The notes under the pieces were generated by a model. The model made no database searches. It had not been told where the DNA came from and saw nothing but the letters and a program-made list of their open reading frames with translations. Shown here piece after piece: positions 36,378-45,197 of a stretch of 64,000 nt of DNA. Numbering within the stretch: the first letter of the stretch is position 1; the number at the start of each line of letters is the position of its first letter. The position numbers and the translations under genes were made by a program. Source of the DNA: Geopsychrobacteraceae bacterium (GTDB taxonomy: Bacteria > Desulfobacterota > Desulfuromonadia > Desulfuromonadales > Geopsychrobacteraceae); the NCBI GenBank assembly GCA_963676795.2, contig CAXXTB010000002.1:960001-1024000 (forward strand), given 5' to 3'.

Positions 36378-37652
36378 TTACTGTAACAGGGTAATTTTTT
36401 TTGTGCCGGTCAGTGGAATCTCCGGGTGAGCGTCGTTGAAGACAATGTCCAGCTCGTAAGGGAACTTTGTTCCTTTGCGCCACTGGCCGCCGACCAGAGG
36501 CGTTGCACAATAATGCTCGTCGTTATAGTCGATTGGACCGACTATGGTGTCGAGCCTGGTTTCTGAAAATGCTTTGAGGATTGCTTCTTTTTCGAGGGTT
36601 TGTGCCCGTTTGAGGACGTCGAAGAGGATCTCGAAACCGGCGTATTTAAAACCGATCGGTGGAGTCCACTGTTTTCCGGTAGCCTCGGTCCAGAGGTCGC
36701 ACAGCTGTTGAGGGGTGGTGCCGTCAATCGAGGACTTGAACGGGTGGTTGGGGCTCCACCAGTTTTCGCAGGTCAGTCCGTCTCCCAGGTTGCCGCCGAG
36801 AGCCTCAACTGCTGATGGAAAGAGGATGGCCTTGCCTATAGTTGCGATCTTTGGCCTGTACCCCTGTTGACGAGACTGGCGCCAGAAGGTGGTGAAGTCC
36901 GGTGGAATCATGATGCCGGCAACGATCTCGACCTTTTCTTTTTTGAACTGGCTGATGATTGAGCTGAAGTCTTTCAGGCCGTATGGGAACTGACCAGGCT
37001 GGATGACCTTATAGCCTTTTTCCCGGCAAATTTTATCGAATTTAGGCATGAAGGTCAGGCCATCGGGGTCGGTCTGCCAGAGGAAGCCGATGGTCTTGTT
37101 GTGCTGGTCTGCAGTTTTGTCCCACATGCCCGTCCAGGCGCCGATAAAGCCAGCGTCGTCCCAGTGCGAATGATAACACCACTTGAACGGCCCCCCGGAG
37201 AGCCAGGCGCTGACCGGTGCATCGAGAGAAACACAGGGAACCTCCAGGTTTTCACACATGGCTGAAACCGGTGCCACGGTGTCTGGCGTGTGAAGAACGT
37301 ACATCAGATCGACTTCGTCTTTAAGGATCAATTTCTGTGTGACTTCACCGGCCAGGGTCGGGTTGGACTGGGTATCGACCAGCTTTATTTTGAGCGGAAG
37401 CTTCTTGCCGGCCTCCTTGATGAAGATGCCGCTATCTGCGTTGATCTTTTTAAGAACAAGATCGTCGACCCATGGAGAGGCTTCGCCAAAATCTGCCAGC
37501 GGCCCGGTCTGCGGGTCTGGCCGGCCGATCAGGATATAGCCCCGTTTGGCTGCGCGAGCCATGGCTGGCTTGAGCAGGCCGGAGGTGCCAAGGACAGCTC
37601 CACCGACGACCATGTTTTTCAGTAAATTACGACGACTAAGTTTTATGCTCAT
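36378..37652 (-). CDS. Tat-exported ABC substrate-binding protein (branched-chain amino acid/aromatic-binding PBP1 type), orphan
   Basis: SRRNLLK twin-arginine signal, PQTGPLADFG, VDTQSNP, PPDFTTFWRQ; no permease or ATPase adjacent. Confidence 0.85.
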   Translation of the reverse strand: MSIKLSRRNLLKNMVVGGAVLGTSGLLKPAMARAAKRGYILIGRPDPQTGPLADFGEASPWVDDLVLKKINADSGIFIKEAGKKLPLKIKLVDTQSNPTLAGEVTQKLILKDEVDLMYVLHTPDTVAPVSAMCENLEVPCVSLDAPVSAWLSGGPFKWCYHSHWDDAGFIGAWTGMWDKTADQHNKTIGFLWQTDPDGLTFMPKFDKICREKGYKVIQPGQFPYGLKDFSSIISQFKKEKVEIVAGIMIPPDFTTFWRQSRQQGYRPKIATIGKAILFPSAVEALGGNLGDGLTCENWWSPNHPFKSSIDGTTPQQLCDLWTEATGKQWTPPIGFKYAGFEILFDVLKRAQTLEKEAILKAFSETRLDTIVGPIDYNDEHYCATPLVGGQWRKGTKFPYELDIVFNDAHPEIPLTGTKKITLLQ

Positions 37653-37722
37653 GCATTCCTCCTTCGTTTGGCAGGCATGGTCTTGCAGTTAATAGACAGG
37701 CGTCTGTTTCCTTTTTAGTAAC

Positions 37723-37738
37723 AGCAATTCACATACCA
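37723..37738 (-). promoter_or_regulatory. Sigma54 promoter of the solute-binding protein gene
   Basis: Minus strand TGGTATGTGAATTGCT: GG-N10-GC, about 70 bp before the start. Confidence 0.7.
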
Positions 37739-38105
37739 GGAGTCTGTGTTGATGTCGGAAAGTGAAAGGTACGCTGCCGGAGGGTGCTGTGCCTGGTATG
37801 GGCTGGATGTTTCCCGTTGTTTGGATGCTGATGTGGCGAAGAGCGAGAGGCTGGTCTTGAAAGGAAGTGCCCTGACATACTCTGTGTGAATTGTTGCAAA
37901 AAGAGGGGGGGCTGCCGTGAGTTTTGTCCGGACCCGTGCGGGTTTGGGGGACGCTGCGCTTTTTTGTCTTCTGGTTTCTGGTGTGTCAGGAGGAGGCCAG
38001 GGCTCTGGTCGATCTGTTTGGCTGAATCAACCAGAGCCTTGAGCTGTATTTTCACCCGGCTGCCATGTCGAAGGGGTTGGTCTGGGCCGGAGAGTTGTTT
38101 GCTTC

Positions 38106-39158
38106 TTAGCTGTCGATTTCTGTGACTCCTGCTTCTGCAAATGTGGCCATTCTATGAAAACAGGCGAGGCTGTTATCGATAAGGGGCATGATCATTGCGG
38201 CTCCCGTTCCCTCTCCCAGATGCATGTCCAGGTCTACGAGGGGAGTGATCTGAAAGCGTCGGCAGACCTCCTGAAAGCCCTTTTCTCCGGAACTGTGAGA
38301 GAAAATGAGAAAGGCCCTGACCTGTTCATGGAACGTCATGGCAATCACCGCAGCGGCTCCGGAAATGAACCCATCAACGACGACAGGGCAGCGCAGTGCT
38401 GCACCGGCGACCATGGTCCCAACCATCGCGGCCAGTTCAAATCCACCGACACTTTTCAGGACGGAAAGAGGGTCTTGCGGGGAGGGGGTATTGATATCCA
38501 GGGCCTGCTGAATGATGGAGGCTTTGTGAGCCAGTCTGTTAGAGGGGAGCCCAGCACCGGTTCCCGTTACTTCTATGGGGTTAACGCCGATCATGCAGGA
38601 GTAGATAGCGCTGGCTGCTGTGGTGTTGCCAACCCCCATTTCGCCGGTTATCAGCAGATCTACCCCGTCGTCAATCGCAGCCTCGGCCATCTCGAATCCC
38701 AGGTTCAGGGCTTGAAGGGCCTGTTCCTCGGTCATCGCCGGGCCTTTGGCCATATTGGCGGTACCTGAGGCAATGCTTTTCTGGATAACGGCGGGATGAT
38801 CAACCAGGTTTGCCATTCCGGTATTGATGACTTTCAACTCCGCTCCGGCCATGTCAGAAAGAACGCTTATTGCCGCACCGCCATTGACAAAGTTTCTGAC
38901 CATTTCCGCTGTTACAATCTGCTGAGAAGGAGACACGCCCTCTTCGACAACACCATGATCTCCCGCATAGCAGAGAACACATTTTTTGTTTATTTGCGGT
39001 TTGGGATTTTTCTGGATGCCAGCCAGTCGAATGACCAGATCTTCCAGTTTGCCCAGGCTCTTGGGTGGTTTCGTCAGGTTGTCCCAATGTTTTTCAGCCT
39101 GTAACATCGCTTCCTGATCAAGCGGGGAGATTTCTTGCAATGCGTCTAAAAAATTCAT
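38106..39158 (-). CDS. cobT: Nicotinate-nucleotide:dimethylbenzimidazole phosphoribosyltransferase
   Basis: LTKPPKSLGKLE, AGDHGV, GGAAI, GEMGVGNTT, GGFEL, DGFI, LGEGTGA, MATFAEAGV. Confidence 0.93.
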   Translation of the reverse strand: MNFLDALQEISPLDQEAMLQAEKHWDNLTKPPKSLGKLEDLVIRLAGIQKNPKPQINKKCVLCYAGDHGVVEEGVSPSQQIVTAEMVRNFVNGGAAISVLSDMAGAELKVINTGMANLVDHPAVIQKSIASGTANMAKGPAMTEEQALQALNLGFEMAEAAIDDGVDLLITGEMGVGNTTAASAIYSCMIGVNPIEVTGTGAGLPSNRLAHKASIIQQALDINTPSPQDPLSVLKSVGGFELAAMVGTMVAGAALRCPVVVDGFISGAAAVIAMTFHEQVRAFLIFSHSSGEKGFQEVCRRFQITPLVDLDMHLGEGTGAAMIMPLIDNSLACFHRMATFAEAGVTEIDS

Positions 39159-39425
39159 GACTCATACCTATCCCTAAAAATCCATATGAAATTGTCATAG
39201 TGGCAGATGCTGTAGAATCCATTCCACGATTCTGTGAAGGTCTGACTTTAGCATAAAAGCCACTGGGCGTTGCCAGGGAATCCTATGGGGGGGGGAGGAG
39301 AAACACTTTAATTCTAACTGCTGGGTAGGCTCTGGTGCTTCAAAGGTTCGTGGGTATGGATGATCTGGGTGTCAATAACGAAAAAAGGGGTCGCATCTTT
39401 TGATGCAACCCCTTATCTTCTTTAA

Positions 39426-39501
<76 letters not shown>

Positions 39502-39660
39502 GAACAGGTGCGGTTTATAGCAAATGCTTCGCGCAGGTGTCAATATAAAAAAACATCTTCTGTGAAAGAATTCTCTCCGACGGTGAAAACATAGCCATTT
39601 TTGTATCTGCATGCTAGACTTCCCCGTATTCATTGAACTTCTTTTCGGTGGTGAGGTGTC

Positions 39661-41061
39661 ATGACTGAGCAACAGCAACTGTTGCGTTTATTGCCGGCCG
39701 TTGACCGGGTTTTGCGAGAGGATCTTCTCCAGTCTCAGCTTTGCTGTCTGCCGCAGGAAGCTGTTTCGCGCGCTGTCCAGCAGGCGATCGGCGATCTGCG
39801 CCGCGAACTGCTGCAGCAGGGTTCAGTCGACAAAGACAGACTTACACCTTCTGCTGTGGCACTGGTCGCTTGGCGTCTCTGTCAGTCCTTGGCTGAACCT
39901 TCGTTGCGCAGGGTGATTAATGCGACCGGTACCCTGTTGCATACCAATTTGGGCCGCGCGCCTCTGGCCGATCAGGCTCTGCAGGCGATCAACGATGTTG
40001 CCGCCGGTTACTCCAACCTGGAATTCGATCTGGACCGTGGTGTCCGCGGTCACCGTTACAGTCATGTCGAGCGTCTGCTCTGTGAGCTGACCGGGGCTGA
40101 AGCCGCTCTGGTGGTCAATAATAACTCAGGTGCCGTGCTGCTCGCCTTGAGTGCCCTGGGACAGGGAAAAGAGGCGATCGTCTCCCGTGGGGAACTGGTC
40201 GAGATCGGCGGGGCCTTCCGTATCCCCGACGTGATGGAGGCTGGTGGGGTCAAGCTGCGTGAAGTAGGGACCAGTAATCGGACTCATCTGCGTGACTATG
40301 AAAACGCCGTGACCGAAGAGACGGCGATTCTGCTCAAAGTTCATACCAGCAACTACCGGATCATCGGCTTTACCAAGGATGTTCCAGCCCGTGATCTGCT
40401 GCCGTTGGCGACGGAAAAGAACCTGATTCTGATGGAGGACCTCGGCAGCGGCCTGCTGATTGATCTGAGCCGTTACGGGCTGGAGGCGGAGCCGACCGTT
40501 CCCCAGGTGGTGCAGGCCGGGGTGGATGTCATTAGCTTCAGCGGCGATAAACTGCTCGGTGGCCCTCAAGCTGGCCTCGTTGTCGGTAAAAAGCGCTATC
40601 TGGACAAGCTGCGTAACCATCCTCTGGCGCGTGCCCTGCGCATCGATAAGCTGACCCTGGCCGCTCTGGAAGCGACCCTGCGCCTCTATCTGAAGCCCGA
40701 GGTGGCCAAGCGCGAACTGCCGGTTTTGAGGATGTTTGCTGCCGATCCGGAGGAGCAGAAAGAACGCTGTGAGCGACTGGCGAAAATATTGAACGAAGCG
40801 GATGTCTGCGCTGATCTCAAGCTGACTGAGGATATCTCTCGGGTTGGCGGTGGCGCGATGCCGCTGACCGAACTCCCGGACTGGGCCATAGAAATCCGCC
40901 CCCGTAAGCTCAGTGTTGCGACATTGGGCCAGCGTCTGCGTGGACTGACCCCGGCGGTGGTCGGGCGCAGTCAGGATGATGCCCTGTTGATCAACCTGCG
41001 AGCTGTATTTGACGCTGAAGAAGAGCTTCTTGCCCGGTCATTGATCGAGGCCTTGAACTGA
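39661..41061 (+). CDS. selA: L-seryl-tRNA(Sec) selenium transferase
   Basis: VINATGTLLHTNLGRA, SRGELVEIGG.FRIP, SFSGDKLLGGPQ. Confidence 0.96.
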   Translation: MTEQQQLLRLLPAVDRVLREDLLQSQLCCLPQEAVSRAVQQAIGDLRRELLQQGSVDKDRLTPSAVALVAWRLCQSLAEPSLRRVINATGTLLHTNLGRAPLADQALQAINDVAAGYSNLEFDLDRGVRGHRYSHVERLLCELTGAEAALVVNNNSGAVLLALSALGQGKEAIVSRGELVEIGGAFRIPDVMEAGGVKLREVGTSNRTHLRDYENAVTEETAILLKVHTSNYRIIGFTKDVPARDLLPLATEKNLILMEDLGSGLLIDLSRYGLEAEPTVPQVVQAGVDVISFSGDKLLGGPQAGLVVGKKRYLDKLRNHPLARALRIDKLTLAALEATLRLYLKPEVAKRELPVLRMFAADPEEQKERCERLAKILNEADVCADLKLTEDISRVGGGAMPLTELPDWAIEIRPRKLSVATLGQRLRGLTPAVVGRSQDDALLINLRAVFDAEEELLARSLIEALN

Positions 41062-41072
41062 TAGGACTACGC

Positions 41073-42992
41073 GTGGCACAGGGACATTTTATTATCGGTA
41101 CCGCTGGACATGTCGATCATGGTAAGACGGCATTGATTCGGGCCCTGACCGGGGTCGAGACCGATCGTTTGAAAGAGGAGCAGAAGCGCGGGATTTCTAT
41201 TGAACTGGGCTTTGCCCGGCTCGACCTGGGCCATGGCCAGGTTGCCGGGGTTGTCGACGTGCCGGGTCATGAAAAATTCATTCCGCAGATGCTCAGCGGA
41301 ATCGCCGGAATCGATCTGGTGCTGCTGGTTGTCGATGCCAATGAAGGGGTGATGCCGCAGACCCGTGAGCACCTGCAGATCATGGATCTGCTGCAACTGA
41401 AAAACGGGATACTGGTTATCTCCAAGTGTGATCTGGTCGAACCGGACTGGCTGGATATCGTCGAAGAGGAGCTCCGTGACCAGGTTGCTGGCAGTTTTCT
41501 CGAAAAGGCCCCCTGTTGCCGTGTTTCGGCGCTCAACGGGGAAGGGCTCGACGAGCTGCGTGAAACAATCAGGCAGCAACTGAAGAAGGTCGAACCGCGT
41601 GACGTCCGTGGCGTTGTACGCCTGCCGGTCGACCGCTGTTTCAGCATCAGCGGCTTCGGAACCGTTGTCACAGGAACCCTGGTCAGCGGCACAATCAAGG
41701 TTGGTGAGAGCCTGGAGGTTTTACCGGCCGCTGTTCCGGCCCGGGTTCGCGAGCTCCAGGTTCACGATCAGCAGGTCAATGAGGTCTGTGCCGGCCAGCG
41801 GGTGGCGCTTAATCTGGCGGGGATTTCCCGGGACCAGATACCGCGCGGATCGGTGGTCGGTACGCCGGGGCTGTTTCGTTCCAGCAGGCGCATCGATGTG
41901 CGGTTACGGCTGCTTGCGGATGCGCCACGGCCGCTGAAGTTTCGCGACCCTGTTCACCTGCACCTGGGCACGGCGCGCTGTGTCGCCAATGCCGTTCTGC
42001 TTGATCGTGATGAACTGAAACCGGGTGAAGAGGTGATCGCCCAGCTGGTCCTTGATCAGCCGCTCTTGGCCCATCGTGGCGACCGTTTTATCGTCCGTTC
42101 CTATTCGCCGATGGTGACCATCGGCGGCGGCCTGGTCATCGATTCAGAACCTCAGAAACATAAGCGCTTCAGGCCGGAGGTGATTCGCCGTCTTGAAGAT
42201 CTGGCCTCGGGGGACCTCGGGTTCTGGTTGCAGAAGCTGGATGAACTGCAGCTGGCGCGGATCAAGGAGCTGGAAAAGCAGACCGGCAGCAGCCGCGTAC
42301 AGCTGCAGCAGGGACTTGAGCGCTTGCGCGAGGCTGGTCAGGTTGAACTGCTTGGGGACCAGTGGGTGCTCGCCGAACGGGTCCGCAGCTGGACTCTGCG
42401 AGTTCCTGAGCTGGTTGCTGTCTATCATCGCCAGTATCCGCTTCATCACGGTATTCCGCGTGCGACTTTGCAGGCCCAGATCGCTGAAAAGCTGGCGCCC
42501 AAGGGGTTCGATCTGCTGCTCCACAAGGTTCTGGAGGATGGGCTGGTCGTTCTTAAGCGGGACCTGCTTGCGCTCCCGGACTGGTCTCCGCAGCCATCTG
42601 TGGGGGATCAGCAGATCCTCACGGCTCTGGGCGCATATTTCGCGGCAGAAGGGTTCCGGACCAAGAACAACACCGAAGCCCTGATGCAGTTGGGGATAAA
42701 AACTGACAATCCGGACGACTATTTCAATTATCTGGTTCTGGAAGGTCAGCTGGTCCGTCTCAACCAGGAGAGTTCGCTTTCGCGGACCTGCTACCAGCAG
42801 GCATTGGCCGAATTGCGCAGCGCGTTCGATGCGTCTCAGGAGGGTTTTGCCCTGGCGGAATTCCGTGACCGATTGGCCTGCAGCCGTAAGCTGGCCCAGG
42901 CACTGCTAGAGCATTTTGACAGTCTGAAATATACCAGGCGGGTCGACGACAGGCGTGTTGCCTGGCAGCTGCCTGAAACCGACAACCTTTGA
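41073..42992 (+). CDS. selB: Selenocysteine-specific elongation factor
   Basis: GTAGHVDHGKT, EQKRGISIELGF, DVPGHEKF, C-terminal winged helix SRK.A..LLEHFD..KYTRR. Confidence 0.96.
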   Translation: MAQGHFIIGTAGHVDHGKTALIRALTGVETDRLKEEQKRGISIELGFARLDLGHGQVAGVVDVPGHEKFIPQMLSGIAGIDLVLLVVDANEGVMPQTREHLQIMDLLQLKNGILVISKCDLVEPDWLDIVEEELRDQVAGSFLEKAPCCRVSALNGEGLDELRETIRQQLKKVEPRDVRGVVRLPVDRCFSISGFGTVVTGTLVSGTIKVGESLEVLPAAVPARVRELQVHDQQVNEVCAGQRVALNLAGISRDQIPRGSVVGTPGLFRSSRRIDVRLRLLADAPRPLKFRDPVHLHLGTARCVANAVLLDRDELKPGEEVIAQLVLDQPLLAHRGDRFIVRSYSPMVTIGGGLVIDSEPQKHKRFRPEVIRRLEDLASGDLGFWLQKLDELQLARIKELEKQTGSSRVQLQQGLERLREAGQVELLGDQWVLAERVRSWTLRVPELVAVYHRQYPLHHGIPRATLQAQIAEKLAPKGFDLLLHKVLEDGLVVLKRDLLALPDWSPQPSVGDQQILTALGAYFAAEGFRTKNNTEALMQLGIKTDNPDDYFNYLVLEGQLVRLNQESSLSRTCYQQALAELRSAFDASQEGFALAEFRDRLACSRKLAQALLEHFDSLKYTRRVDDRRVAWQLPETDNL

Positions 42993-43001
42993 GAGGAGAG
43001 T

Positions 43002-44042
43002 ATGAGTGTACGTCTGACTTCGTTGTCGCGCAGCGCTGGTTGAGCGGCCAAGATTGGTCCCGCGACCCTGACTCAGGTGCTGAGTCAGCTGCCGACATTT
43101 GATCATCCCGACCTGCTGTCGCAGGATATCCCCTTCGCCGATGCCGCGATCTTCCGGATCAATGAGCATCAGGCCCTGGTGCAATCGGTCGATTTCTTCA
43201 CCCCGGTGGTGGATGATCCCTATATCTACGGCCAGATTGCTGCGGCTAATGCGCTCTCTGACATTTTTGCCATGGGAGCCCGGCCGCTCACGGCAATGAA
43301 TGTGATCTGCTTTCCGATCAACTGTCTTGATTCCACTGTTATGCTGAAGATTCTCGAGGGTGGGCAGGAGCGGATCCAGGCTGCTGGTGCCGTCATGGCC
43401 GGGGGGCATTCGGTCGAGGATGACGAGCCCAAGTACGGTCTCAGTGTCACCGGCATGGTCGATCCGCAGCAGATGATCACCACCTGCGGCTGTCGCCCCG
43501 GTGACCGCATCTATCTGACCAAGCCTCTCGGCACCGGCCTGTTGACCACGGCCATCAAGGGGGAGGTTCTGGATGAAGCTGAAATTCAGGACGCCATCCA
43601 GGGAATGGTCTGTCTGAACAAAGCGGCAGCGGAGGCGATGCTTGCAGCGAGGGCTTCAGCCTGTACCGATATTACCGGCTTCGGCCTGCTGGGCCATGCC
43701 ACCGAGCTGGCAGCCGCGAGTCAGGTCGGGCTGAAGATCTATCTTGACCGGTTGCCGCACTATGCCCAGGCCCTCGATATGGCCTCAATGGGGCTGGTGC
43801 CGCTTGGGGCCCACCGCAACCGCGAATATTACGGAACAAGGATGGATGGGCAGGAAGGCTGCGATCCGCTGCTGATCGATCTGTTCTGTGATCCGCAGAC
43901 CTCGGGAGGGTTGCTGATCGCCATTGCCCCTGAGCGGGCTGAGAACCTTGAGGCTGAATTCGCAGCGCGGGGCGTGAAGGCCCCCTGCATCGGCGAGGTG
44001 ACAGCCGATAGTCCTGGTCGCGTTCAGGTTGTCCAGAGCTGA
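43002..44042 (+). CDS. selD: Selenide, water dikinase; selenoprotein with Sec14 (TGA 43041-43043)
   Basis: GAGGAG RBS, ATG 43002: MSVRLTSLSRSAG-U-AAKIGP (UxxK), in frame with the ORF at 43077; DFFTPVVDDP, GGHS, DITGFGL.GH, DPQTSGGLL. Confidence 0.95.
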
Positions 44043-44221
44043 TGTTTGGCTTCGGGCTCTGGGAGATCGGACTGCTGCTGGTCATTGTCGTGGTCTTTTT
44101 CGGCCTTGGCAAGCGCAAGGCCAGTGTCCGCGAGTGCGGCCGGCTGTTTACCCTGTGGCGGCACTTCAGGGCCGATCCGCGGCGTCTGCTCAGGTATCTG
44201 GGCGGCTGGTTTATGCGTTGA
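44042..44221 (+). CDS. Small TatA/E-like membrane protein (59 aa)
   Basis: ATG overlaps the selD stop (TGATG): MFGFGLWEIGLLLVIVVVFFGLGKRKASVRECGRLF...; N-terminal TM with E8 and FG hinge. Below the ORF-track length cutoff. Confidence 0.6.
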   Translation: MFGFGLWEIGLLLVIVVVFFGLGKRKASVRECGRLFTLWRHFRADPRRLLRYLGGWFMR

Positions 44222-44250
44222 AAATGAATTTTTATTTGAAGCCGATTTAA

Positions 44251-44292
44251 AAAAACAAAGGCCAGCGGCATATCCCGCTGGCCTTTGTTTTT
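44251..44292. terminator. Bidirectional terminator between the sel operon and purC
   Basis: AAAAACAAAGGCCAGCGG-catatc-CCGCTGGCCTTTGTTTTT. Confidence 0.85.
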
Positions 44293-44312
44293 ATCGCTGT
44301 CGAAACTGATGT

Positions 44313-45194
44313 TTAGGCCGTCAGTTGCTTGAGCGCTTCGAGGTACTTCTCGCTGGTTTTCTGGATGATTTCAGCTGGAAGCTTTGGTGCCGGTGCCGTC
44401 TTGTTCCAGTCGAGGGTCTCCAGGTAGTCACGCAGGAACTGCTTGTCGAAGCTTGGCTGTGCACCACCCGGCTGATACTGGTCCTTCGGCCAGAAACGGG
44501 AGGAGTCGGGAGTCATCGCTTCATCGATCCAGATCAGCTGGCCATCAAGCATGCCGAATTCGAACTTGGTGTCGGCGATGATGATCCCTTTGGTGTCGGC
44601 CAGTTCGCGGGCCCGTTCGTAGATCTTGATGCTGATATCGCGAACCTGCTCGGCGATCTCCTGGCCGCACAGCTTGGCTGCCTGTTCGAAGGAGATGTTC
44701 TCGTCATGCTCACCGAGTTCGGCCTTGGTCGACGGAGTGAACAGGGTTTCGGGAAGTTTGTCGCTCTGTACCAGGCCGGCAGGCAGCTGGATGCCACAGA
44801 CCGAGCCCTGTTGCTGGTACTCTTTCCAGCCGCTGCCGGAGATATAGCCGCGGACGATGCACTCGACCGGCAGTGGGCTGGCTTTCTTGGTCAGCATGCT
44901 GCGCCCTTCGAGCTGATCCCGGTACTGGTGGGTAATTGCCGGAAAGTCATCGACCTCGGTGGAGATCAGGTGGTTCGGAATCAGGTCTTTCATCTGCTCG
45001 AACCAGAATTTGGAGATCTGGGTCAGAACGTAGCCTTTCCGCGGAATCCCTTCCTGCATAATGACGTCAAATGCAGAAATACGGTCACTGGTGACGATCA
45101 GAAGGTGTTCGCCAAGATCGTAGATATCGCGAACCTTCCCCTGGTTGACCAGCTTCAGTTCCGGGCAGTTGGTTTGTGTTAGGACGGGTGTCAT
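44313..45194 (-). CDS. purC: Phosphoribosylaminoimidazolesuccinocarboxamide synthase
   Basis: [47 protein letters not shown]. Confidence 0.97.
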   Translation of the reverse strand: MTPVLTQTNCPELKLVNQGKVRDIYDLGEHLLIVTSDRISAFDVIMQEGIPRKGYVLTQISKFWFEQMKDLIPNHLISTEVDDFPAITHQYRDQLEGRSMLTKKASPLPVECIVRGYISGSGWKEYQQQGSVCGIQLPAGLVQSDKLPETLFTPSTKAELGEHDENISFEQAAKLCGQEIAEQVRDISIKIYERARELADTKGIIIADTKFEFGMLDGQLIWIDEAMTPDSSRFWPKDQYQPGGAQPSFDKQFLRDYLETLDWNKTAPAPKLPAEIIQKTSEKYLEALKQLTA

Positions 45195-45197
45195 AGT

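Noticed and set aside
39287..39295. G9 tract as a phase-variation switch
   Set aside because: Intergenic and not within a recognisable promoter spacer; could be a sequencing homopolymer artefact.
39160..39300. Possible cobalamin riboswitch upstream of cobT (GCCACTG...GGGAA fragments)
   Set aside because: The fragments are on the wrong strand for cobT and the rest of the B12-box architecture is missing.
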